The translations under genes were made by a program, and so were the position numbers. From an uncultured Candidatus Saccharibacteria bacterium (lineage in GTDB: Bacteria > Patescibacteriota > Dojkabacteria > SC72), in NCBI GenBank assembly GCA_964610125.1, contig CAZSUV010000002.1:120940-184939 (forward strand): a stretch of 64,000 nt of DNA. The letters run 5' to 3'. The notes beneath the pieces are model-generated. The model made no database searches. It saw only the letters and a list, made by a program, of their open reading frames with translations, and was not told where the DNA came from. Positions 10,123 through 17,779 of this stretch are shown piece by piece (position 1 is the stretch's first letter; every line of letters starts with the position of its first letter).

Positions 10123-10524
10123 TTACTTAATCAGTGAAGTTATGATGAATGTTAATGTTGCGATTGGTAATATAATCCAGAAGAGTATGAAGAGGAGGTA
10201 AAGGAAGAAGATTAGGAGGAATATTGTAACGGCAATTGGCAGGTAGAGGATTCGCATGGCTATTCCAAAGAGGTATCCCATTGCGGAGTAATCTCGATGC
10301 CATGGTGTAAAGAATGTTTTGAAAAGCAAACTTAATGAAAGTTGATCATCTACAACTGTGGCTAGTCGATTCAGTACTCTTAAATGCCATATTGGCATCT
10401 TTATGTACCACCATCTAAGGAAGTCCTGAAAGGAGTACAAAACAATAGCCGCATATGAGTCGACTTTGGTGCCTGTGAGTAATTGTTGTCCCGAGTTATC
10501 AGAGACTGTGTTTTTTACTTCCAT
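10123..10524 (-). CDS. small polytopic membrane protein, translationally coupled to the clpC-like gene
   Basis: It is 133 aa, and its C-terminal half is strongly hydrophobic ('LPIAVTIFLLIFFLYLLFILFWIILPIATLTFIITSLI'). Its stop lies 3 nt before the clpC-like start. No motif is recognised. Confidence 0.45.
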   Translation of the reverse strand: MEVKNTVSDNSGQQLLTGTKVDSYAAIVLYSFQDFLRWWYIKMPIWHLRVLNRLATVVDDQLSLSLLFKTFFTPWHRDYSAMGYLFGIAMRILYLPIAVTIFLLIFFLYLLFILFWIILPIATLTFIITSLIK

Positions 10525-10590
10525 TGTTTGGGCAGATTTTATCTGTTAGTTTAGTTTATTGTAAAACCCTCTCTTGTGCAAGTCTAAGGG

Positions 10591-10612
10591 AGATCAGATC
10601 TAGATCTGATCT
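10591..10612. promoter_or_regulatory. perfect 22-bp palindrome AGATCAGATCTAGATCTGATCT in the divergent promoter region
   Basis: The sequence is exactly self-complementary. It contains four GATC sites and lies between the divergent membrane-protein/clpC-like operon and dus. Confidence 0.4.
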
Positions 10613-10628
10613 ATGGTAAAATATCTCT

Positions 10629-11570
10629 ATGAATATATTCCAAACTATTAAACAAGAAAAAGGATTTTTGGCTATGCTTTCCCCTATGGAGGATGTGACC
10701 GATACTGTTTTTAGGCAAGTGCTATGTAAGATTGGAAAACCTGATGTCTTTTTCACTGAATTTATGAATGTCGAGGGGTATTGTTCTGTTGGTAAGGATA
10801 AGGTAGATCATAGAATACAGTTTAGTGAAATTGAACGTCCGATTGTTATACAGCTTTGGGGAAATGTCCCTGAGGATTTTGCTAAAACGGTTAGAGAGAT
10901 TAAAGAGTTAAAACCTGATGGGTTTGATATTAACATGGGATGTGCTGTCCGAAATGTGATAAATACTGGCGGTGGTTCTGCATTGATTAAGGAGCCAGAA
11001 TTAGCCAAGGAGATAATTCTGGCAGTTAAACAAGAAGCGGGTGATATTCCTGTGAGTGTCAAGACTAGGTTGGGATATTCTATTGTTGATACAGAGAATT
11101 GGATTGGGCTTTTGCTAAATCAAGGCTTGGATATGCTTACTGTGCATGGAAGGATTGCTAAAGATAGTTATGCTATTCCTTCTAGATGGGATGAAATACA
11201 GAAGGTTGTAAAGATGCGAGATGAGCTTTCCCCGACTACATTGATTATTTGGAATGGTGATATTACTTCTTCTAGACAGGGGGAGGAATTTGTAAAGACA
11301 TATGGTACTGATGGGTATATGGTTGGGAGAGGGATTTTGAATAACCCATGGTTATTTAGTGGAAGAGAGGATATTCCCGAGGAAGAGCGATTTAATGTAT
11401 TGTTAGAACATGCAAAATTGTTTAATGGGGTTTGGGGTGAGGAGAAGAATTTTAGTGTTATTAAGAAGTATATAAAGACATATATTTCTGATTTTGAGGG
11501 GGCTAATGAATTAAGACAGAGGTTGATGATGGTGAATAGCTATGAGGATTTAAAGGAGATGATTAAGTAG
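10629..11570 (+). CDS. dus: tRNA-dihydrouridine synthase
   Basis: 'LSPMEDVTDTVFRQ' is the Dus N-terminal FMN-binding motif, and the 'CAVRNVINTGGGSALIKEPELAKEII' region matches Dus. The likely true start is the Met at 10674 ('MLSPMEDVTD'). Confidence 0.85.
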   Translation: MNIFQTIKQEKGFLAMLSPMEDVTDTVFRQVLCKIGKPDVFFTEFMNVEGYCSVGKDKVDHRIQFSEIERPIVIQLWGNVPEDFAKTVREIKELKPDGFDINMGCAVRNVINTGGGSALIKEPELAKEIILAVKQEAGDIPVSVKTRLGYSIVDTENWIGLLLNQGLDMLTVHGRIAKDSYAIPSRWDEIQKVVKMRDELSPTTLIIWNGDITSSRQGEEFVKTYGTDGYMVGRGILNNPWLFSGREDIPEEERFNVLLEHAKLFNGVWGEEKNFSVIKKYIKTYISDFEGANELRQRLMMVNSYEDLKEMIK

Positions 11571-12498
11571 GAAAATGCTCTTTTGCAAGATTCTCAAGCA
11601 TTCCAATAGAGGTGTTGTTATTTGAAGGCACTATCTCTTTGCATTGTAGATATTGGCTTATCTGTTCTATGATTAAAATCGCGTTATCTGCAGACCACAT
11701 ATAATATGGTTCTTCTGGGTATAATGGCATTCGATCCTCATAGGATAGTTTTTTAATTTTTTCATATACTTCCTTTAATGATTTAATATTCGTTTTGTAT
11801 TGATGGGAACCTGTAAAAATATATTTCTCCAATTTAATGCTCATAGCTTTCATAAAATCAATGATATTGGTTGTGCCATACACAATGTATTCTGGCTTAT
11901 GCATACATTGTTTTAAAGGAATAAACTCTTGCTTTAAGAACTGCTTTGCATTCCCATATTCCTTTTGCGTTGGAAAATGTGTAGCGTAAAATTCTTCTTG
12001 CATAAAATAGGTTCCTGCTTTGAATGGATATATTTCAAAAATATCATTGTCTTTCCCAACAATAACTTGTACACTCCCTCCTCCTACATCCACAACGGCT
12101 ATTGTTTGATTAGGAAAATCTCTCGAGACACTTTTGAATAGTGTGGATGCTTCTTCTTGAGCAGATATGATTTCAATATCAAACCCAGTTTCTCCTTTAA
12201 TTCTACTTAATACTTGGTTAACATTTTTAGCTTTTCTTAAAGCTTCTGTGGCAATTACTTTGTAATGTTTTACTTTGTTTTTTTGAAGTACTTCTCGATA
12301 TACTAGTAAGGTGTGTATTGCTTTTTGAATTGATTCTTCAACTATCATTCCATTGGTTTTAGGTAAGTCTCTCCCCATAACCGTTAACTCCTTCGCTTTG
12401 TAGAATACTTTTCTCCTTTGGTCTTTATCTATTTCATCAATTTCAAACTTTATCTTTAGTGTTCCAATATCTATGAGTGCAAATTTTTCAATTTTCAT
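11563..12498 (-). CDS. ppx: Ppx/GppA-family phosphatase (exopolyphosphatase / pppGpp phosphohydrolase)
   Basis: 'ALIDIGTLKIKFEI' and 'VVDVGGGSVQVIVG' are actin-like ASKHA phosphate motifs typical of Ppx/GppA. Confidence 0.75.
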   Translation of the reverse strand: MKIEKFALIDIGTLKIKFEIDEIDKDQRRKVFYKAKELTVMGRDLPKTNGMIVEESIQKAIHTLLVYREVLQKNKVKHYKVIATEALRKAKNVNQVLSRIKGETGFDIEIISAQEEASTLFKSVSRDFPNQTIAVVDVGGGSVQVIVGKDNDIFEIYPFKAGTYFMQEEFYATHFPTQKEYGNAKQFLKQEFIPLKQCMHKPEYIVYGTTNIIDFMKAMSIKLEKYIFTGSHQYKTNIKSLKEVYEKIKKLSYEDRMPLYPEEPYYMWSADNAILIIEQISQYLQCKEIVPSNNNTSIGMLENLAKEHFPT

Positions 12499-12543
12499 AA
12501 GTTTTTATGTATATATTACTTCGAAGATTATATGTATAATTAA

Positions 12544-12562
12544 TTGTGTAGTCATTACACAA
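12544..12562. promoter_or_regulatory. inverted repeat TTGTGTAgtcatTACACAA upstream of the RHH-fusion gene
   Basis: A 7-bp perfect inverted repeat with a 5-nt spacer lies 20 nt upstream of the 12582 start. It is a candidate operator for the RHH domain encoded downstream. Confidence 0.3.
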
Positions 12563-12581
12563 CTATCAAAATATATACACA

Positions 12582-13193
12582 ATGAACATGAAAGTATGGT
12601 TTGGTTGTACCTCTCTTGATTGGGAGAAACATAGAGAAAGATATATTGAAATACGGAAAGAATTAATAGATCAAGGGAGTATTCTACTCTTTGATTGGAT
12701 TCCAGAAACAGATAAATACATTAGAGAACACGGGCACCCTGAAAGAGAACGAGATATAAAAGGTATATTTCAAAAAATAGTAGAAGCTATTAATAAATGT
12801 GATGTATCTATTACAGAATACACTGTCCCAAATTTCAGTTCCTCACATCAGATTAGTTTGTCATTAGCTAGACAAAAACCAACCTTAGTACTAAAGCAGA
12901 AGAATCCGAATCATGGATGGAATAATTCATATATCGATGCTGTAAGCTCTCCCCTGCTCGTTGTAAAAGAATATGAGGAAGATGGATACAAAGATATTAT
13001 TAAGGAATTCTTAGGTCAATTTAAAAATGGCTATGGTCAGGAAAGATACAATTTTGTATTAGACAGAAGAGAGAAATACTACTTAGATTGGGCTTCTGAA
13101 AAATACTCAAAGAGTAGATCTGAGATATTGAGAGATTTAATTGAAGATAAAATGGAAAGTGATACTAGTTACAAAGAATTAATTAAGGGATAA
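12582..13193 (+). CDS. fusion protein with an N-terminal nucleoside 2-deoxyribosyltransferase-like (flavodoxin-fold) domain and a C-terminal ribbon-helix-helix DNA-binding domain
   Basis: The C-terminus 'RYNFVLDRREKYYLDWASEKYSKSRSEILRDLIED' matches the RHH/CopG pattern (beta-strand, 'LD', 'SRSE.IR..I'). The N-terminus has 'KVWFGCTS' and 'DVSITEYTVPNFSSSHQISLSLARQKPTLVL', which resemble the NDT/LOG-like 'KiYlAGP' and 'D..a.ldg...d.GTafElGyA.algKPVi.l' motifs. The N-terminal call is tentative. Confidence 0.5.
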   Translation: MNMKVWFGCTSLDWEKHRERYIEIRKELIDQGSILLFDWIPETDKYIREHGHPERERDIKGIFQKIVEAINKCDVSITEYTVPNFSSSHQISLSLARQKPTLVLKQKNPNHGWNNSYIDAVSSPLLVVKEYEEDGYKDIIKEFLGQFKNGYGQERYNFVLDRREKYYLDWASEKYSKSRSEILRDLIEDKMESDTSYKELIKG

Positions 13194-13201
13194 TATATGA
13201 T

Positions 13202-13627
13202 ATGGATCATATAGCGATAATGAATAAGGCTTGGAAACTAATCCCGAAGATATTAAATGGTACAAAAACCATAGAAAGTAGATGGTATGTTAACAAGATC
13301 AAGCCTTGGAATAGTCTCAAAGTTGGTGAGCGTGTTTTTTTCAAAAACTCCGGAGAACCAATAACCGTTTCAGCTGTGGTATCAAAGGTTTTACAGTTTG
13401 AGAATCTTGATGAAGCTAAATTCAGAAACATAATGAATGAGTATGGAGATGGAATACAAGTTACTGAAAGAGAATATGATGAATACTATCAATCTAAGAA
13501 TTACTGTATCCTGGTATTCTTAAGTGATGTTAAACAACTAGAAACTCCATTTAATATATCTAAAAAAGGCTTTGGTAGTGCATGTGCTTGGATGTGCGTA
13601 GATAATATTGAAGAGATTAAGCTATGA
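13202..13627 (+). CDS. ASCH-domain (PUA-like) protein
   Basis: 'LIPKILNGTKTIESRW' matches the ASCH N-terminal beta-barrel motif ('ailsGkKTvE.R'). The protein is 141 aa. Confidence 0.65.
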   Translation: MDHIAIMNKAWKLIPKILNGTKTIESRWYVNKIKPWNSLKVGERVFFKNSGEPITVSAVVSKVLQFENLDEAKFRNIMNEYGDGIQVTEREYDEYYQSKNYCILVFLSDVKQLETPFNISKKGFGSACAWMCVDNIEEIKL

Positions 13628-14181
13628 GTGAATATCTAAAACAAACCTTCACAGGTCATATAGATTTCAAAGACAATGAATATGAAGAATGTATCTTTGA
13701 AAAATGTAATATCAATGAAGAAAATATAAAAAATTGTGTATTTACTAAATGTACATTTAATAACTGTGAGATTAGTAATGTAAAAATTGTTAATTCAAAA
13801 ATAACAGATAGTACATTTAATAAATGTAAATTAATTGGTATTGAATGGAGTAAATTTGAATGTAGATTCGGATTTGCTAATACTTTCATACAATGTTACA
13901 TGCCCTACTCTGTCTTTGTAGAGATAGATTTAACAAAGAGTAATTTCCTTGAATGTAATCTAACGGAATCATATTTTGAATATGTTAAGGCTAAGGGAGT
14001 TTCATTTAGTAAGTCAGAATTAAAAGGTGTTCAATTTCTAAAGTGTAATCTTTCGGAATGTGATTTTATTGAAGCTAAGAATTATTTCTTTGATATACGA
14101 GAGAATAACTGTAAGAATGCAAAGTTTTCTAAAGAAGAGGTTGTATATCTATTGAAAACGTTTGGGATAAAGATAGAATAG
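13624..14181 (+). CDS. pentapeptide-repeat protein (Qnr/MfpA/McbG-like right-handed quadrilateral beta-helix)
   Basis: A continuous run of 5-residue repeats has C/F/L at the i and i-2 positions ('CIFEKCNINEENIKNCVFTKCTFNNCEISNVKI...CNLTESYFEYVKAKGVSFSKSELKGVQFLKCNLSECDF'). The start overlaps the ASCH gene (ATGA). Confidence 0.8.
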   Translation: MSEYLKQTFTGHIDFKDNEYEECIFEKCNINEENIKNCVFTKCTFNNCEISNVKIVNSKITDSTFNKCKLIGIEWSKFECRFGFANTFIQCYMPYSVFVEIDLTKSNFLECNLTESYFEYVKAKGVSFSKSELKGVQFLKCNLSECDFIEAKNYFFDIRENNCKNAKFSKEEVVYLLKTFGIKIE

Positions 14182-14183
14182 TC

Positions 14184-14591
14184 TTAAATCAATGATTTAA
14201 GCTTCTCAAGCGTAATTTTGAATACAATATTCGGTTTCCCCCCTGCTCCTAATAATATCTTACTAGAATCGAAGCCTTCCATAATATGTGTTTCTAATTT
14301 TGTTAAATGACCAAAAGGAGGAACCCCACCAATACTATATCCGGTTACTTCCTTAACCTCATCTGCATTCGCCATTCTTCCTCCAATACTTTCTAAGTCT
14401 AACCTTCTATCTCCAGGTACTAGATACAAAACAAAGTTATCTCCTACTTTAGTTAGTAATGATTTAACAATATTGGATACAGGAACATTATGAGTATTGG
14501 CAGCATCTTGTGCAGTACGAGTGGATTCCTCAGTTTCTAACAACTCTATATCTAGATTATTTGTTTTAATATATTCTTCAAAAAGATTCAT
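14184..14591 (-). CDS. YbaK/ProX-family aminoacyl-tRNA trans-editing (deacylase) domain protein
   Basis: 'GYSIGGVPPFGH' and 'ILLGAGG' are YbaK-like motifs. The protein is 135 aa, so it is a short form. Confidence 0.6.
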   Translation of the reverse strand: MNLFEEYIKTNNLDIELLETEESTRTAQDAANTHNVPVSNIVKSLLTKVGDNFVLYLVPGDRRLDLESIGGRMANADEVKEVTGYSIGGVPPFGHLTKLETHIMEGFDSSKILLGAGGKPNIVFKITLEKLKSLI

Positions 14592-14612
14592 AATATTGGA
14601 TAATACTATGCT

Positions 14613-15308
14613 CTAGAACTCTTGTACAGTATATGTCTCTTCATTTATTTCTAAATGCCCTCTTTTTTTAAAAGCACGAAATATGGCATCTTCGTCGTAG
14701 TATTTTTTTTCAAGTTTCATAAATTCATCCTCTGTAACCCAATAATTCTTCCCGTTTGGAGTGTTTTCAATTTCCCCTTTTGGATTTTGTGCAGAGATAA
14801 TGAAGAAGATCTTATCTTCCATGAGTTTTCCATCCTCTTCCATTACTATATGATCATGGAATATCGTTTTTATGGTGAAGCTGCTACAATCCAATCCTGT
14901 CTCTTCGATCAACTCTCTTCTTGCTGTTTCTCTAATCTTTTCTCCAAACCTAATTTTGCCTGTTATGAAGCCTCGATATCCATAGTATGGTTCTTTGGTT
15001 CGTTCTTGTATGAGGATATGTTTCTTTCCCTTTATATATTTATATGGAATTACCATTACTGCGACCTTAGGTTGTTTTTCGATTTGTATTTGGTCTGTAT
15101 CCATTCTATTGGCAAATTCTTTTCCATTACTGGTAAGTGTATATCCTCTGTCTGATTTTTTAACCAATCCTAATTCTACTAAGGTATTAATATGGTAAGA
15201 GAAATGGTCATTGGTTAACCCTTTTATATTCAATTCGCTAAATCTAGAATTAGGTTTAAAGAGTAATTCTTTAAGGATTAGCATTTGTATTTGATGAAGG
15301 TCCTCCAT
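14613..15308 (-). CDS. winged-HTH (MarR-like) - NUDIX hydrolase fusion protein
   Basis: The N-terminus 'LILKELLFKPNSRFSELNIKGLTNDHFSYHINTLVELGLVKKSDRGYTLTSNGKEF' is a winged helix-turn-helix. The C-terminus carries a NUDIX box 'GKIRFGEKIRETARRELIEETGL' (GX5EX7REUXEEXGU). Confidence 0.75.
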   Translation of the reverse strand: MEDLHQIQMLILKELLFKPNSRFSELNIKGLTNDHFSYHINTLVELGLVKKSDRGYTLTSNGKEFANRMDTDQIQIEKQPKVAVMVIPYKYIKGKKHILIQERTKEPYYGYRGFITGKIRFGEKIRETARRELIEETGLDCSSFTIKTIFHDHIVMEEDGKLMEDKIFFIISAQNPKGEIENTPNGKNYWVTEDEFMKLEKKYYDEDAIFRAFKKRGHLEINEETYTVQEF

Positions 15309-15419
15309 ATTTAATTATGACTAAGTTATATATCAGTATAATATATGGAATATTGTTGAGATTCTAGTGAAATACACTTCACTGGTATGCCGAAATTGAG
15401 GGTTTTAATATATGGAAAC

Positions 15420-15493
15420 TGGACGATACAGGGCTCGAACCTGTGACCTCCACAATGTCAATGTGATGCTCTAACCAGCTGAGCTAATCGTCC
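15420..15493 (-). tRNA. tRNA-Val (anticodon GAC)
   Basis: Manual cloverleaf: acceptor GGACGAT/ATCGTCC, D stem GCTC/GAGC, anticodon stem TCACA/TGTGG with loop TTGACAT (U33, GAC, A37), T stem ACAGG/CCTGT with loop TTCGAGC, and discriminator A. CCA is not encoded. Length 74 nt. Confidence 0.85.
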
Positions 15494-15520
15494 ATATATT
15501 ATTAAATATCTGTGTGTATT

Positions 15521-16099
15521 CTATCGTTTATTCTTGCTTTTATCAATCTTAGTGGCAGATTTTAGGTTTCCAGAGGCTAATAGCTCTCCCATCGTTTTTC
15601 TCCCATGGTTCCAATATTTTTGTATTTGGCAAAGTATAGGATCATTGCAGGGTTTTGTTAAATCCATAGGAACTACCTGTACTGAAAATAAATCACTCGC
15701 TACTTCTAATGGGATAATTATAATTGCCGATTTCCTGCCTTCCATGAAAAATACTTTAATGGGTTTCGTATCGGGAAATATCTCTTCAAAAACAGCTTGG
15801 TATACCGTATCGACCAATAATGGATCTGCGATAGTTGCATCCGTTAAGCGTTCTATTTGTATAAGCGACTTGGAATCTCCGAGAGCTTCTGATCCAGCTA
15901 TTTCATATAAATAGTTTTTAAGATAATCAATAGGTTTATTTACCCAAATAGAACCTTCTGAATTTGCGGTTGGTAAGCACTCCTCGTCATCCTTATACTC
16001 GGGATATGTGAGAACATAACCCATCCTAGCCCGAAGTGTTTCTAATTGTTCTTGTGGGTTGAATTCATTGGCATTTGGAAACCTTTTCTCTGGACTCAT
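15521..16099 (-). CDS. hypothetical protein occupying the position normally held by clpX downstream of clpP
   Basis: It is 192 aa and its start abuts the clpP stop (16100/16099). No motif is recognised. Confidence 0.5.
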   Translation of the reverse strand: MSPEKRFPNANEFNPQEQLETLRARMGYVLTYPEYKDDEECLPTANSEGSIWVNKPIDYLKNYLYEIAGSEALGDSKSLIQIERLTDATIADPLLVDTVYQAVFEEIFPDTKPIKVFFMEGRKSAIIIIPLEVASDLFSVQVVPMDLTKPCNDPILCQIQKYWNHGRKTMGELLASGNLKSATKIDKSKNKR

Positions 16100-16681
16100 T
16101 TATCTCTTACTAATAACTTTATCTATCAATCCATACTCCTTAGCCTCTTTAGCCGTAAAATACTTATCCCTATCCGCATCCTTTTCAATATCCTTAATAT
16201 TTTTTCCAGTTTTTTCTGCTAAGAATTCATACAACACTGCCCTATTCTTTAGAATCTCTTCAGCCTCAATGGCAATATCACTAGCCTGACCCTCTACACC
16301 ACCCAAAGGTTGATGAATATGAATCTTACTATTTGGTAGTGCAAACCTCTGACCCTTTTTACCATTAGCCAAAAGAATACTACCCATCGAAGCGGCCATA
16401 CCTACTGCAATGGTTGAAATGTCGCACTTGATATAATTCATGGTATCTAAAATAGCCATTCCTGCAGTAATCTGTCCCCCAGGAGTATTAATGAACATCT
16501 GGATAGGTTCGTCGGGATTCTCTTTCTCAAGAAAAAGTAATTGAGCAACAACAGTATTTGCCATCTCCGTATCAATAGCACCAGTGACAAATATAATTCT
16601 ATCCTTGAGAAGTCTAGAGTATATATCGTATGCTCTCTCACCTTCCCTATCCTTTTCTATGACAGTTGGTATCAAATACAT
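16100..16681 (-). CDS. clpP: ATP-dependent Clp protease proteolytic subunit
   Basis: The active-site Ser is in 'GMAASMGS', the His is in 'HIHQPLGG', and '[15 protein letters not shown]' is also present. The protein is 193 aa. Confidence 0.9.
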   Translation of the reverse strand: MYLIPTVIEKDREGERAYDIYSRLLKDRIIFVTGAIDTEMANTVVAQLLFLEKENPDEPIQMFINTPGGQITAGMAILDTMNYIKCDISTIAVGMAASMGSILLANGKKGQRFALPNSKIHIHQPLGGVEGQASDIAIEAEEILKNRAVLYEFLAEKTGKNIKDIEKDADRDKYFTAKEAKEYGLIDKVISKR

Positions 16682-16703
16682 ATATTTTAATAGATTAAAT
16701 TAA

Positions 16704-17741
16704 TTAATCTTTATGCATCTCTCCCAAAACTTCTTTGATGAATTCTTCAAAAGCTCTCTGTTTCAAATCAACATTCTTAACATATACCTGCCAATTCTCA
16801 TCATCATATACACTCATATCTGTACCCTTAGGAGCATTCTTCTTTAATTCTTCAATCCTAGTTGCTAGTTCAGCCTCAGTCATATCAATATTATGCTCTT
16901 TCATATACATCTTTAAGAATGTATCTGTCTGTAACGCTTCCTTAGAGTCCTTTTCCCAAAGCTCTCGCATCTTTTCAATGGTTAAATTCTGAGACTTTAT
17001 AAAGTCCTCAACCTTCACACCTTTCTGTTGCATATCATATCTAAATGATCTTTCTCTCTCATGAGCTTCATACATAATTGCAGGTTTAGGAATCTCAATC
17101 TCACAAAGCTTGATAGCTTCATCTAATGCTTTCTCTTGTCTTTGGTGTAAGAGCATATGTGCTTTTTGAGCTTTCATAGCTTCCTCTATCTCTTTTTTCA
17201 ACTCTTTTAGATCTTTTACTTCTGGAAGTTCTATCATCTTTGCAACTTCTACTGCCCATGCATCATTAACTTCTTTCTCTTTAGTTTTGTAATTCTTCTT
17301 AATATCTTCAATAGCCTCTTCAATCTCTTCTTTTGAGATGGTAGCTTCTTCTTTCTCAACCTTAACCCTTTTCAAATTTGCTAATTTGAATTCAGGCATA
17401 ACTGTAACTGTGATTGTTAGTTCCACATCCTTGTCTACTTCAAGCTTAGGAATCTCTTTGTACTCAGGAGGAGCGATAGGATCTAAACTTTCTTTTTGGA
17501 TTGCTGTTGAAATATACAAAGGTGCAATCTTTTCTAAAGTCTCTAATCTCACTGATTGATCAAGTTGAGTTTCGACTAACTTAGCAGGAACCTTTCCTTT
17601 TCTAAAACCCTTGATATCTGTTTCCTTAGCTTTTGCCTTCATCAAGGTCTCGTAGCTTTGATTAAAGCTATCCTTAGGTATGGTTATGGTAAATTCAATG
17701 GTCTCTTTACTAACATCTTTTCTCTGGTAAAAATCGTTCAT
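16704..17741 (-). CDS. tig: trigger factor (short form, apparently lacking the PPIase domain)
   Basis: The 'GFRKGKVP' ribosome-binding signature is in the N domain, and the gene is in tig-clpP order. It is 345 aa against about 430 typically. No FKBP-like segment is recognisable between the N and C domains. Confidence 0.75.
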   Translation of the reverse strand: MNDFYQRKDVSKETIEFTITIPKDSFNQSYETLMKAKAKETDIKGFRKGKVPAKLVETQLDQSVRLETLEKIAPLYISTAIQKESLDPIAPPEYKEIPKLEVDKDVELTITVTVMPEFKLANLKRVKVEKEEATISKEEIEEAIEDIKKNYKTKEKEVNDAWAVEVAKMIELPEVKDLKELKKEIEEAMKAQKAHMLLHQRQEKALDEAIKLCEIEIPKPAIMYEAHERERSFRYDMQQKGVKVEDFIKSQNLTIEKMRELWEKDSKEALQTDTFLKMYMKEHNIDMTEAELATRIEELKKNAPKGTDMSVYDDENWQVYVKNVDLKQRAFEEFIKEVLGEMHKD

Positions 17742-17779
17742 TTTTAATAATTCTTAACTTAATATTTAGTCCGAAAAGT

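Noticed and set aside
10556-10756. 66-aa minus-strand ORF spanning the 22-bp palindrome and the dus start
   Set aside because: It overlaps the dus N-terminus and the divergent promoter, and it has no RBS or coding features. It is spurious.
12499-12581. Direct repeat of the tRNA-Val 3' end marking an island boundary
   Set aside because: No match to the tRNA 3' end was found in the ppx/RHH-gene spacer. The island hypothesis is kept only as a low-confidence inference.
14655-15198. Plus-strand ORFs of 166 and 67 aa antisense to the wHTH-NUDIX gene
   Set aside because: They are hydrophobic, Phe-rich antisense translations of an AT-rich coding region. The minus-strand NUDIX box is unambiguous.
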